Source: the human T2T-CHM13v2.0 reference genome, Homo sapiens. Taken from it: a stretch of DNA of 64,000 nt. The notes under the pieces are model-generated. The model saw nothing but the letters and a program-made list of their open reading frames with translations. It was not told the DNA's origin and made no database searches. The position numbers and the translations under genes are program-made. The DNA is taken from the NCBI RefSeq assembly GCF_009914755.1, contig NC_060947.1, one strand, 5' to 3'. Positions 38,601 to 50,509 of the stretch are shown one piece after another. Numbering within the stretch: position 1 is the first letter of the stretch; each line of letters begins with the position of its first letter.

Positions 38601-39559
38601 CACAATGATATGTTACCTCAACTATTATAGTAGTCTTCTGCTTAATTTTCTCACATTCTCTCTAGCTCCATCCAATTTATTCTTCACATAGAAAAGTAAT
38701 ATTTTGCAAATAAATTAGGCTTCTATTTTGGACAAAATGTCATAGACTTGTCTCTCCTTTAAGATGAAAAGACACTGGAAATTGTGAGAGAGACAACAAT
38801 AAAAGTATTCAAATGTTAAAAAGAGAAAGGCAGACTGGCTAGGGACACAGACCTGGAAGAGCAATACAGAAACTTGACATCATATAAGCCTCAACCCAGA
38901 AATTGAAGTTGATATAGGCCCAGCCTCTCCCAATGTAGCAAAATGCAGCCTGAGGTTGAAGGAGAGTCCTACTGACAATTCCAGGTGGGCCTGGCAGCAG
39001 TGGAAGGAGACACTGAGAAGCTTTGTTAACACTAAGTAGTCAGGGGAGCTGCTCTTCCTCTCCACTAGCCAGTGACTCCAGTCCCCCAAATAGACACAAG
39101 GCAGCACTTGCAAGGGGGGATCGCATCCCAGCAAGGTGCCCAATTCAGAAAGCACTCTTTGATCCTTCAAGCTAGAGAATCCTTCTCACTGTCCAGAGAC
39201 ACTAACTGGCTCTGGCAGAGATCAATAAGAGCCCTCATGACACCAGAGAATCCAGGCAAAATAATACAGCACATAAAAATCTCTGAAAATTATTTTGTTA
39301 TTGGAACTCAAAATTATGCCACAACCTGTTTGCTAAACGTAAACAGAGTGACTGCCTGCTAAAATAGAGAATTTCTATATAGCCCAGAATTTTATCATAT
39401 GGAGAACAAGGAAAATTACAACTTGACTCAGAAAAGTCAATCAATAGACACAAATACTGATATAAATGACGTGTGGGAATTACCCAAAAATTATTTTAAA
39501 GCAGCAGCCATCATAAGAATGCTTCCATGAGCAATTATAAATGCTCCTGAAGCAAATGA

Positions 39560-42173
39560 TGTATTAGTCTGTTTTCACACTGCTATAATGAACTGCCCAA
39601 GACTGGGTAATTTATAAAGAAAAGAGGTTGAATTGACTCACTGTATTAGTCCATTTTCACACTGCTAATAAAGACAAGCCCAAGACTGGGCAATTTACGA
39701 ATGAAAGAGGTTTAATGGATTTACAGTTCCACATGGTTGGAGAGGCCTGAGAATCATGGCAGAAGGCAAGGAGGAGCAAGTTACATTCCATGTGGATGGT
39801 GGCAGGCAAAGAGAGAATGAAGAAGATGCAAAAGCGGAAACCCCTGATAAAACCATCAGATCCTGTGAGACTTATTCACAACCATGAGAACATTATGGGG
39901 GAACCTGCCCCCATAATTCAATTATCTCCCACTGGGTGCTTCCCACAACATGTGGGAATTATGGGAGAACAATTCAAGATGAGATTTGGGTGGGGAAAAA
40001 GAGCCAAATCATATCACTTACAGTTCCACGTGGCTGGGGAGGCCTTAGGAAAATTACAATCATGATGGAAGGGGAAGGAGGCACATGTTACATGGTGGCA
40101 GGTGAGAGTATGTAGGAGGAACTGTCATGCACTTATAAAGCCATCAGATCTCATGAGAATTCACTCACTATCATGAGAACAGCATGGAGAAAACTTCCCC
40201 CATGATCCAACCAACTCCCACCAGGTCCTGCCCTCAACACATGGAGATTATGGGGATTACAATTGGAGATGAGGTTTGAGTGGGGACTCAGAGCCAAACC
40301 ATATTATTTCACCCCTGGCTCTTCCAGATCTCATGTCCTTTTTACATTTCAAAACCAATTATGCTTTCCCAACAGTCCCTCAGTCTTAACTCCTTCCATC
40401 ATTAACCTAAAAGTTTACATTCCAAAGTCTCATCTGAGACAAGGAAAGTCTTTTCCACCTATGAGCCTGTAAAATAAAAAAAAAAAAAAGTTAGCTTTTT
40501 CCAAGATACAATGGGGGTACAGGCATTGGATAAATTCACTCATTCCAAATAGGAGAAATTGGCCAAAACGAAGGTGCTACAGGCCCCATGCAAATCCAAT
40601 ATCTAACAGGGCAGTTATTACATCCAAATGCAAACAAAACATGGGTTCCCAACACCTTGGGCATCTCTTCCTCTGTGGCCTTGTAGGGTTTAACCCCTGT
40701 GGCTGCTCTCATTGGCTGGAGTTGAGTGCCTGCAGATTTTCCAGGTTCACAGTGTGAGCTGTTGGTGGATCTACCATTCTGGGGTCTCGAGGATGGTGGT
40801 CCTCTTCTTGCAGCTTTACTAGGCAGTGCCACAGTGGGGACTCTGTGTGGGGGCTCCAACCCCACATTTCCCTTTTCTACTATCCTAGCAGAGGTTCTTC
40901 ATCAGGGCTCTGGCCCTGCAGCAGACTTTTGCCTGTACATCTAGGCATTTCCATACATCCTCTGAAATCCAGGCAGATGTTCTCAAACCTCAATTCTTGA
41001 CTTCTGTGCATCCACACTCCCAATGCCACATGGAAGCTGCCAAAGTTTGGGGCTTGCACCCTCTGAAGCAAAGCCTGGAGCTGCACCTGGACCTCTTTTA
41101 CCCACAGCTGGAACTAGAGTGGCTAAAATGCAGGGCAGCAAGTCCTAAGGCTGCACTCAGGAGTAGGGTCTGGGGCCCTGGGCCCAGCCCATAAAACCCA
41201 ATTTTTTTCTCCTAAGCCTCTAGGCCTGTGATGGGTGAGGCTGCTGCCAAGATCTCTGACATGCCCTTGAGACATTTTCCCCATTGTCTTGGTAAATACC
41301 ATTTGGGTCCTTGTTAATAATGCAAATTTCTGCAGCCAGCTTGTATTTCTCCCCAGAAAATAAGTTTTTCTTTTCATCACATTGTCAGGCTGCAAATTTT
41401 TCAAACTTTTATACTTCTCTTCCCTTTTAAACATAACTTCCAATTTTGGATCATCTTTCTCAAGTTCAAAGTTCCACAGAACTCTACAGCAGGGGAAAAA
41501 TGCCCACCAGTCTCTTTGCTAAAGTATAGTAAGAGTGATCTTTATTCTAGTTCCTAATAAGTTCCTCATTTCCATCTGAGACCATCTCAGCCTGGACTTC
41601 ATTGTCCACATCATTATCAACATTCTGGTCAAAACCATTCAACAAGTCTCTAGGAAGTTCCAAACTTTCCCATATTTTTCTGTCTTCTCCTGAGGCCTCC
41701 AAACTGTTCCAGTATCTGCTTATTATCTAGTTTCAAAGTCACTTCCACATTTTTAGGTTATCTTTATAGCGGTGCTCCACTCTTACTACCAATACCCTGT
41801 ATTAGTTCATTCTCACACTGCTATAAAGAACTACCTGAGATTTGGTAATTTATAAAGAAAAGAAGTTTAATTGACTCACAGTTCCACATGGCTGAGGAAG
41901 CCTAGGAAACTTACAATCATGGTGGAAGGGAAAGCAGGCACAACTTACACAGTGGCAGGCAAGAGTCAGCATGTTTAAGAGGAGCTGTCAAACACTTATA
42001 AAATCGTCAGATCTTATAAAAACTGTGATAACTCACTATCACAAGAACAACATGGGAAAAACTTCCACATTATCTAGTAACCTCCCACCAGATCCTGCCT
42101 TCAACATATGGAGATTATGAGGATTACATTTCAAGACGAGATTTGGGTGAGAATACAGAGCCAAACCATATAA
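39560..42173 (-). mobile_element. complete THE1D-like MaLR element (LTR 39560-40306, internal 40307-41797, LTR 41798-42173)
   Basis: Two LTRs read tgtattagt...gccaaaccatat on the + strand around a THE1-internal sequence. 5-bp TSD AATGA at 39555-39559 and 42174-42178. Confidence 0.9.
39642..40016 (-). mobile_element. THE1 (B/C-type) solo LTR nested in the THE1D LTR
   Basis: tgtattagtcc...catatca, with TSD CTCAC (39637-39641) and CTTAC (40017-40021). Confidence 0.9.
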
Positions 42174-42743
42174 AATGAAAAATATAAAATCTCAACAAAG
42201 CAACAGACATTAGAAAAAGAAAACAAGTGAAAAAACAGATCTGGAAACTATAACTGAAATTTAAAAAACTTACTAGATGGATGGGCTGAACAGTAGAATG
42301 GAGATAACAGAAGATAGGATTAGCGAACTTGAGACCAAGTCAACAAAATTTACGAAATCCAAACAGCAGAGAAAATAGACTGAATGAACAGTGTCCCAGG
42401 GGCTTATATAAATATTACAATACATCCATAATTCATATTATAGGAGTCTCAGAAGAGAAGAAATGGATGAGATTGAAAGAGTATTTGAAGATATAATGGT
42501 TGAAAACTTACCAAATTTAGGAAAAGTTATGCTCCTACAGATTTAATAAGCTGAGTTTTCCCCAAATATGATAATCCCAAAGCAGTCTGTGCCAAGACAC
42601 AACATACTTAAATTCCGAAAACTAAAGACCAAAACCAATCTTGAAAAGATCCAAAGAGAAACAACATATTACATATAGTGGAACATCAATTTGAATAACA
42701 ATGGGCATTTATCTGAAGTTCTAGAGGCTAGAGGGAAGTAGCA

Positions 42744-43055
<312 letters not shown>

Positions 43056-45870
43056 TGAATTCCGTTTTTTAAGTGATGAATAAAAAATATTGTCTATATC
43101 CAGTGAAACTATACATCAAGAATGAAGGAGAAATAAAGACATTCTCAGACTAAGAAAATTTAAGATACATTTTTAATATCAGACATACTTTTAAAGAATG
43201 GCTAAAAGAAAATTCTTGAAACACAAAATACATAATAAAAGTAAAAAATTCTGAAACATTATGAAGGAAAGAAAAAAACAGAAACATAAAGCAAAAATAT
43301 GTATAAATGAGGACAGAGAAGGTTTGAACAATACCATCAATCAACAGGATCTAACTGATATATATAAAATACTCTACCAAGAATAGCAGAATACACATTT
43401 TCAAACAACCATGGAACATTCATCAGGATATACCATATCTTGGACCATACAACAAACATCAGCAAATTTGAAAGAATTGAAATCATACAGTGTGTGTTCT
43501 CCAATCACAATAGAACCAAGCTAGAAATCAATAACCAAAAGACAAAGGAAAAATCTTTAACACTCAGAAATTTAAAAATACATTTCTTAATAATCCATGG
43601 ATAAATGAATTCTTAAAGGAAATTAAAGAAATACATAGAACTGGTTGAAAGTGAAAATACAACATAACAAAATTTGTGGCTTGCAGCCATACCAGTACTA
43701 AATAGGGAATTTGTAGAACTATTGCTTACATTAGAAAAGGTCAAGCCTTGTCCCCTCCATAGAGTATTAATTACCATTCCATTTCACAGTGATTTAAAGT
43801 ATCTAAAAAAGGGCAGTATTTATCATTTACAACTCATGGCTTTGAGCTGTTCTATAATTTCTAACAAATTCAATTCTTACAGATGAGGAAACTAAGAGTA
43901 GAGGAGAATAGGAGTCTTTATTAGGCCATAAAGTCAGGGTGGGACTTAAATGGTGGTCTGCTGGCACTGTTGAGTGCCCTTTCCACTACAGTATATTGCT
44001 TCTAAGTGTTACATATAAATGTATTGTTTGGTGAGATGCAGCTAAAGCAGTATTTAGAGGAAAATTTATAGCACTGAATAAGTATATTAGAAAAGGAGAA
44101 AGATTTAGAATTAATAATCTAATTTCCTAATTTAGGAAACTAGAAACAGAAGAGCAAATTAAATCAAGAATAAACACAAGAAAATAATAAAAATTGGAGC
44201 AGAAAGTAATGAAACTAAAAGTAGAAAATCAATAGAGAAAATCAACAAAACCAAAAGTAGATGATTTGAAGATATCAATAGACAAGCCAACTAAAAAATA
44301 AGAAAAAATGAAAATTACTAATGTCAAAAATTCAAGAGGAGTCATTACTGCAGTTTCTGAAGACTTTGAAAGGAAAACACATGGATACTATGAGCAACTA
44401 TATGTCCATAAATTAAAACCTAGATGAAATTGACCCATTTCTTAAAGACACAATCTGCCAAAATTCACACAAGAAGAAATAATCTGAATACTCCCATATT
44501 TATTAGAGAAGATGAATCAATAATTAATGATATTTTTAAAAAGAAAGCACTAGACCCCAGTGGATTTACTTGGTGAAGTCTATCAATATTTAAGGAAGAA
44601 ATCACACCAATTCTCTATAATCTCTTTCAGAAGAAGGAATTTTTTTTAACTCATTCTATGTGGCCAGGCAGCATTACTGTAGTACAAAAAGCAAAGACAT
44701 TGCAGAAAAAAATAACTACAGGCTACTATCTCGCATGACCATAAATGTAAAAATTCTCAGCAAAATATAAGCCAATCAAATTTAATCATGTATAAAAAAA
44801 TTATACACCTTGACGAAGGGGGATTTATTCCATGTATGCAAAGCTGGTTCAAGGTTTAACAATCAATTAGTGTAATCAATTTTATCTACACACTAGAAGA
44901 ATAATCACATGATCATACAAATAGATGAAGAAAAAAGCATTTGAAAACTTCCAGCACCCATTCATGATAAAAAACTCTCAGCAAATTAAGAATATACAGG
45001 AACTTCCTTAATTTGATAAGAACATCTACAACAACCTACAGTTAACGTTTCCCTTAATGATGAACTAAAAACTTTCCCACTAAGATCAGGAACAAGGCAA
45101 GGATATCTCCTCTCATCACTCCTTTTCAACATTGTACTGACAGTCCTAGCCAATGCAATAAGACAGGACAATGAAAGAAAATTTATACAGATTGGGAAAG
45201 AAGAAATAAAAGTCTTTGTTCACAAATGACATGATTGTCTGTGCAAAAAATTTGAAAGAATAGATAATAAAACTCCTGGAACTAGAAGGCAATTATAGCA
45301 AGGTGGCAGGATACAAGGTTAATACACAAAAGTAAATCATATTCTTATATACCAGCAGTAACAAGTAAAATTTTGAATTAAAAACACATTACTGTTTTCA
45401 TTAACATGCCCTAAAAGAAAATGCTTAGGTATGAAACTAAAAAATATAAGTAGAAGATCTATATTAGGAAAACTACAAAACTGATGAAAGAAATCAAAGA
45501 ACTAAATAATGAAGAGTTGATAGGAAGGCTTAATATTGTCAAGATGTTACTTTTTCCAAGTTGATATATAGACTCAATACAATTCCAATTAAAATCCCAT
45601 CAAGTTATTTTGTGGATATCAACAAATTTATTTTATAGTTTATATGGAAAGACAAAGGACAGAATAGCTAACAAAATATTAAAAGAAAAGAACAAAATCA
45701 GAAGATTGACACCACTTGACTTCAAAACTTATTATAAAATTGTAATAATCAAGACAGTGTGATCTTGGTGAAAGAGTAAATAAATATATAATTCAGCAGA
45801 CTAGAGAGGCCACAAATAGATCCACATAAGTATAGTCAACTGATCTTTGACAAAGGAGTAAAGGCAATAC

Positions 45871-47325
45871 TATGTTGAACACAATGTTGAATGTAGAACA
45901 ATGTTGAAAATACTTAACAAGGCCCTGGCTAGAGGCTGTGCACCATCCTGAAGAATGCCTGCCAAACCAGGGATGAATCCTATAGCTCCTGATCATGGGA
46001 AAGCCTGGAGAGTACCCACTTGGGTAAGCTAATGGCAGTGCTAGTTTACCACTCATATCGGATATACTTTAATATTTAACTGTTAAGTTTGTGTCTGTAT
46101 ATGCCAATAGATCATCAGTCTTGGTGGCCCACTCCTGCTTCATGCCACATCTTTCAATATGACCCCGTGGTATAACCAAAGCAAAGATAGGCAGAGACCA
46201 CAACCACTCCAGGGGACTGCAAACTCTAAGGACTTTAGGACAAGTCAGTACCAACCAAATTGAATGTTTCAACTGGAGATCATTCAAGACTTTGGACATC
46301 AGAACCACATGGCCTTAAAATTCACCTTGGCCAGTGAGGAAGAATGTGAGGGGTCTTTTACCGGCAAAGAATAAGTAACCTTATCCTGCCAAAACATAGG
46401 TCACCCAAGAGTCGATCAGCCTCAGTTAGGAAGGAGTAGCCACAACGTGACAGACAGAGAGGCTGGGGACCTTTGTGGACATTTCTGGGGATAAATCAAT
46501 TATACAAGGAGTTGCAGGAATGCTAGAATCCTTAATTCATAGGCAGCAGGAATGGTTATTGAATGAGGCCCAACTATACCTTAAATGCTGCATAACAAAC
46601 CCTGCCCCTGGACACAAAAGAAGCAGAGGGAGGAATGCTGAGGTCAGGAACAAGCACCTCAGAAGGATTCAAATCTAAGGTGAGGGATCAAACAAGGGCC
46701 CCTTAGTGAAGGACTGAGGAAGCAAAATTCTGCTTGCCCTTAGTCTACGTTATAATAATCTTCCTCTGGCCTTTCACTTTCCACATTGTACATTTTGATG
46801 TTCACAATTATTCCTCACCAAGTGCTAATGGAATCCCATAGTTGACCTTGAAACCTAACGGTTCCTAACTGGTAGTCAAGAGAAATCTCAGCAAGGTGAG
46901 TAGAAAATGTTCCTCTTCCTCCAAAACTTAAAAGGAAGCCACAATCCTGTGTCAGGAATTGGTCCTTGTGAGTGTTACATTTAATGACACCGAAAATTCT
47001 GAAGTTGCTACTACGCCTTGTGAAAGTGCCTCCAAACTCAATTTTGGGAGTTCCAAGGGGCTGTTTCAGCAGCTGTCCTAGGTTAATAATACTGAAATAG
47101 TTCTTCCCATGAAATCATCTGATGACCCTGCAAGATTTCTTATAAATGAGGAATGAGAAAATCTATGTCTCATTTAAACTAACATAGAAATAGGACCAAA
47201 CTGTAACTCCCAGGCTATAGAAAAAGATTTTAATATAATTTTCAAGTGTAACATTTGCTACTTACAACGTGTAAATAGTGCCCCTTCCTAAATGGTTAAA
47301 ATAAAGACTGTCAATAAATAAGTCG
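45871..47325 (+). pseudogene. unassigned 1.4 kb non-repeat insert, possibly a decayed retrocopy with two KH-like segments
   Basis: Interrupts an L1, has mixed coding-like composition and broken frames with KH-like spacing, and ends with AATAAA at 47300 and 47313. Parent gene not recognised. Confidence 0.35.
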
Positions 47326-47398
47326 AGCTACAAAATTGGAGAAAATATTCACAAAAGGCATATCTGATAAAAGACTGTTATCTAAAATAAAAAAAAGA

Positions 47399-48465
47399 GG
47401 CCAGGCATGGCAACTCACATCTGTAATCTCATCATTTTGGGAGGCCAAGGTCGGAGGATTGCTTGAGACCAGGTGTTCAAGACCAGCCTGGGCAACCTAG
47501 AGAGACTCCCATCTCATATATGTGTGTGTGTGTATGTGTGTGTGTATATATATACACACATATATACGTATATATGTGTGTGTATATATATACACATATA
47601 TACGTATATATGTGTGTGTATATATATACACATATATACGTATATATGTGTGTGTATATATATACACATATATACGTATATATGTGTGTATATATGTATA
47701 TATGTATATATGTGTATATATGTATGTGTGTATGTGTGTATGTGTGTGTCTGTGTATGTATATACGTATATACACACATATATGTGTATATACGTATATA
47801 TGTGCATATATGTATATGTACATACACATATATGTGTATATGTGCATATATGTATATGTACATACACATATATGTGTATATGTGCATATATGTATATGTA
47901 TATACACATATATGTGTATATGTGCATATATGTATATGTATATACACATATATGTGTATATGTGCATATATGTATATGTATATACACATATATGTGTATA
48001 TGTGCATATATGTATATGTATATACACATATATGTGTATATGTGTGCACGTATATGTGTATATATGTGTACACGTATATGTGTATATATATGTGTACACG
48101 TATATGTGTATACGTATGTGTGTATATATGTGTATACATATGTGTGTATATATGTGTATGCACATATATGTGTGTATGTATATACACATATATGTATATA
48201 TGTGTATATATGTATATATGTGTGTATACATATTATATGTATATATGTATATATGTGTATATTTATTATATATATAATAAATATAAATATATATATATAT
48301 AACATTAACCAGACATGATAGCATGTGCCTGTCACCCTAGCTACTCGGGAGGCTGAGGTGGGAGGATCACTTGAGCCTAGGAGGTTGAAGCTGCAGTGAG
48401 CTATGATTGTGCCACCACACTCCAGCCTGGGTAACAGAGTAAGACCTGGTCTCTAAAAATAAATA
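47399..48465 (+). mobile_element. AluJ whose central linker is replaced by a long microsatellite
   Basis: Left arm at 47399-47515 and right arm at about 48305-48455. Confidence 0.9.
47516..48300. repeat. about 785-bp alternating purine-pyrimidine (TA/TG/CA) repeat with 36-bp and 40-bp higher-order units
   Basis: CG marks recur at 47567, 47603, 47639 and 47675 (period 36). The unit yATACACATATATGTGTATATGTGCATATATGTATATGTA recurs at 47821, 47861, 47901, 47941 and 47981. Confidence 0.97.
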
Positions 48466-48901
48466 TAATTAAAAATTTACAAATTTGTTCATTTCAGATT
48501 TAGTAAAAAATTAAAAAAACAAAAACTTCCCCAAATAAAGTATACAATAAACTCTTAAAATCCAACAATAAAAAACCAACAACCAATTTTAAAAATGGGA
48601 AAAGCCCTGATATCCTCCCTACTCTCTCTCAAAATTATCATGCTTAATTTTTCGATAAGGGCCCTAGATGATGCTCCCCTAGAATAATGTCTCATGTTTC
48701 AAATGTATTCTTCCCTCTTCTCATCAGAATTCTTATTCGTTCAGAGCATTTATCATTGCTTTCACAGTACTAATTCACAGTTTAGAATTAATGACTGTTA
48801 GCAAATGAAGGCATAATCTGACTTAGAAATATTTTCCATTTTGAAAAGTAAAGCTTGGTGGGATAATGCAATAATCTAAGGTGATGTAACTCAAAAAATG
48901 A

Positions 48902-49256
<355 letters not shown>

Positions 49257-49814
49257 CTCATTCCTTCTTAATTCCCTCCTATGACAAGTCCTATAGTAGG
49301 GACCAAATGTCTGGAGTCTGAATCTACAAGCTGAGATTGAGCCAGAGTGGCATGACGTTATGGGGATGGTTGTGTGGGGGCTGAAACTGAGAATCATAAA
49401 GAAGTGAGGCTAGGCCCAACAATTTCATTGCAGTGGAGGCAGAGTGGGAAGTTTAAGGAATTTTTGCTCCAAGTTTACTATGAAGATTTTTAGAGACTCT
49501 ACAGCAACTGTTTCCACAGCTCTCCTTGATCTCTTCTGTGGCCTGCCTATACACAGGATTTTGATCTCTATCAAGATAATCTGAACAGTGCTGATGGGGC
49601 TGCCACATCTCCAGAGCCCTCTGCCCTAGGGAATATAACAGACCTACCACTTATGTTACTTTAACGTTGAATGGGATGTTATTTATAAATAATTGTGAGG
49701 TAAAAGTTAGATGCCTGGTTTTATAGAGTCAAGGGATAATGACTCTTTTGGGAAACAAATGGAACCTAGGAAGGAATCTTGGTCTGAGGACAGAAGCTAG
49801 ACATTGCACCTTTC

Positions 49815-49930
49815 TGAAATAAGCCAGGCACAGAAAGGCAAACATAGTATGTTTTCACTTATTTCTGTGATCTAAAATTAAAAATAATTAAACTCATGGT
49901 CATAGAGAGCAGAAGGATGGTTACCAGAGG
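49815..49930 (+). mobile_element. isolated 116-bp L1MA 3' fragment, inverted copy of 50838-50953
   Basis: 8 mismatches and no gaps against the reverse complement of 50838-50953, by manual alignment. Confidence 0.85.
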
Positions 49931-50249
49931 ACAGGAGCAAAAGTAATGCCAATTTTTAATGCACGTTCTTCCACATAGAATGCCCTCTTTTTATCCTTCT
50001 GTCTCTGTAGCAGCTCTCCATCCTTGGAAGAGGACCTTCCTAATTACACCAGCTTTCAGTGACCTGAGCTTCCACACTTCCATGCCACAAAGAACCTGTA
50101 CCACATTACATATCACTTAGTCTATTGTATTGTGAGCTGTTTACAAATTGTGCCCAGGGGGGCAGATGGCATAGGATACTGATCAAGAACATGAGACATA
50201 TTCAGGCACACCTGTAATAAATTCCTACCCCACACTAACTAGTAGTTTA

Positions 50250-50500
50250 ACTTAGGGTTGCATTTGGCTGTAAGTACGAGAAACCCAACTATAGTGGCTT
50301 AAAAAAAAGAAGTTTTTTTTTTTTTTTCCTCACATATCAAGAAATATAAAGTGGTTGCTATGGTTCAGTAACTCAATCATTTCAGGGCTGAGGTAACTGA
50401 GATACTTATGGTATCTTCCTCAAAAACACAAAATGATTACTGTTGCTGCAACCATCATAACTGTATTTAAGGCAAGAAGAAGGAGGAAGAGGCAGTGCTC
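50250..50500. mobile_element. old MLT1-type LTR remnant, apparently continued at 58465-58620
   Basis: 'ttggctgtaagtacgagaaacccaactatagtggcttaaa' and 'aaaatgattactgttgctgcaaccatca'. Confidence 0.5.
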
Positions 50501-50509
50501 ACACATTTG

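Noticed and set aside
46372-47180. Stops in the KH-like frames being revertible to Gln/Arg by a single C-to-T change, as support for past coding
   Set aside because: This is true of every stop codon, so it carries no evidential weight.
47540-48050. 36-bp and 40-bp periodic units as a CRISPR-like array
   Set aside because: Head-to-tail units without unique spacers, inside an Alu in mammalian DNA, and no cas genes.
47463-48335. Six overlapping 236-281 aa ORFs rich in Y/I/C/V/H/T/M
   Set aside because: Artefact of purine-pyrimidine alternation, which cannot contain stop codons. No coding evidence.
49257-49800. Repeat-free stretch examined as a possible exon or pseudogene
   Set aside because: I found no convincing frame, splice pair or recognisable homology.
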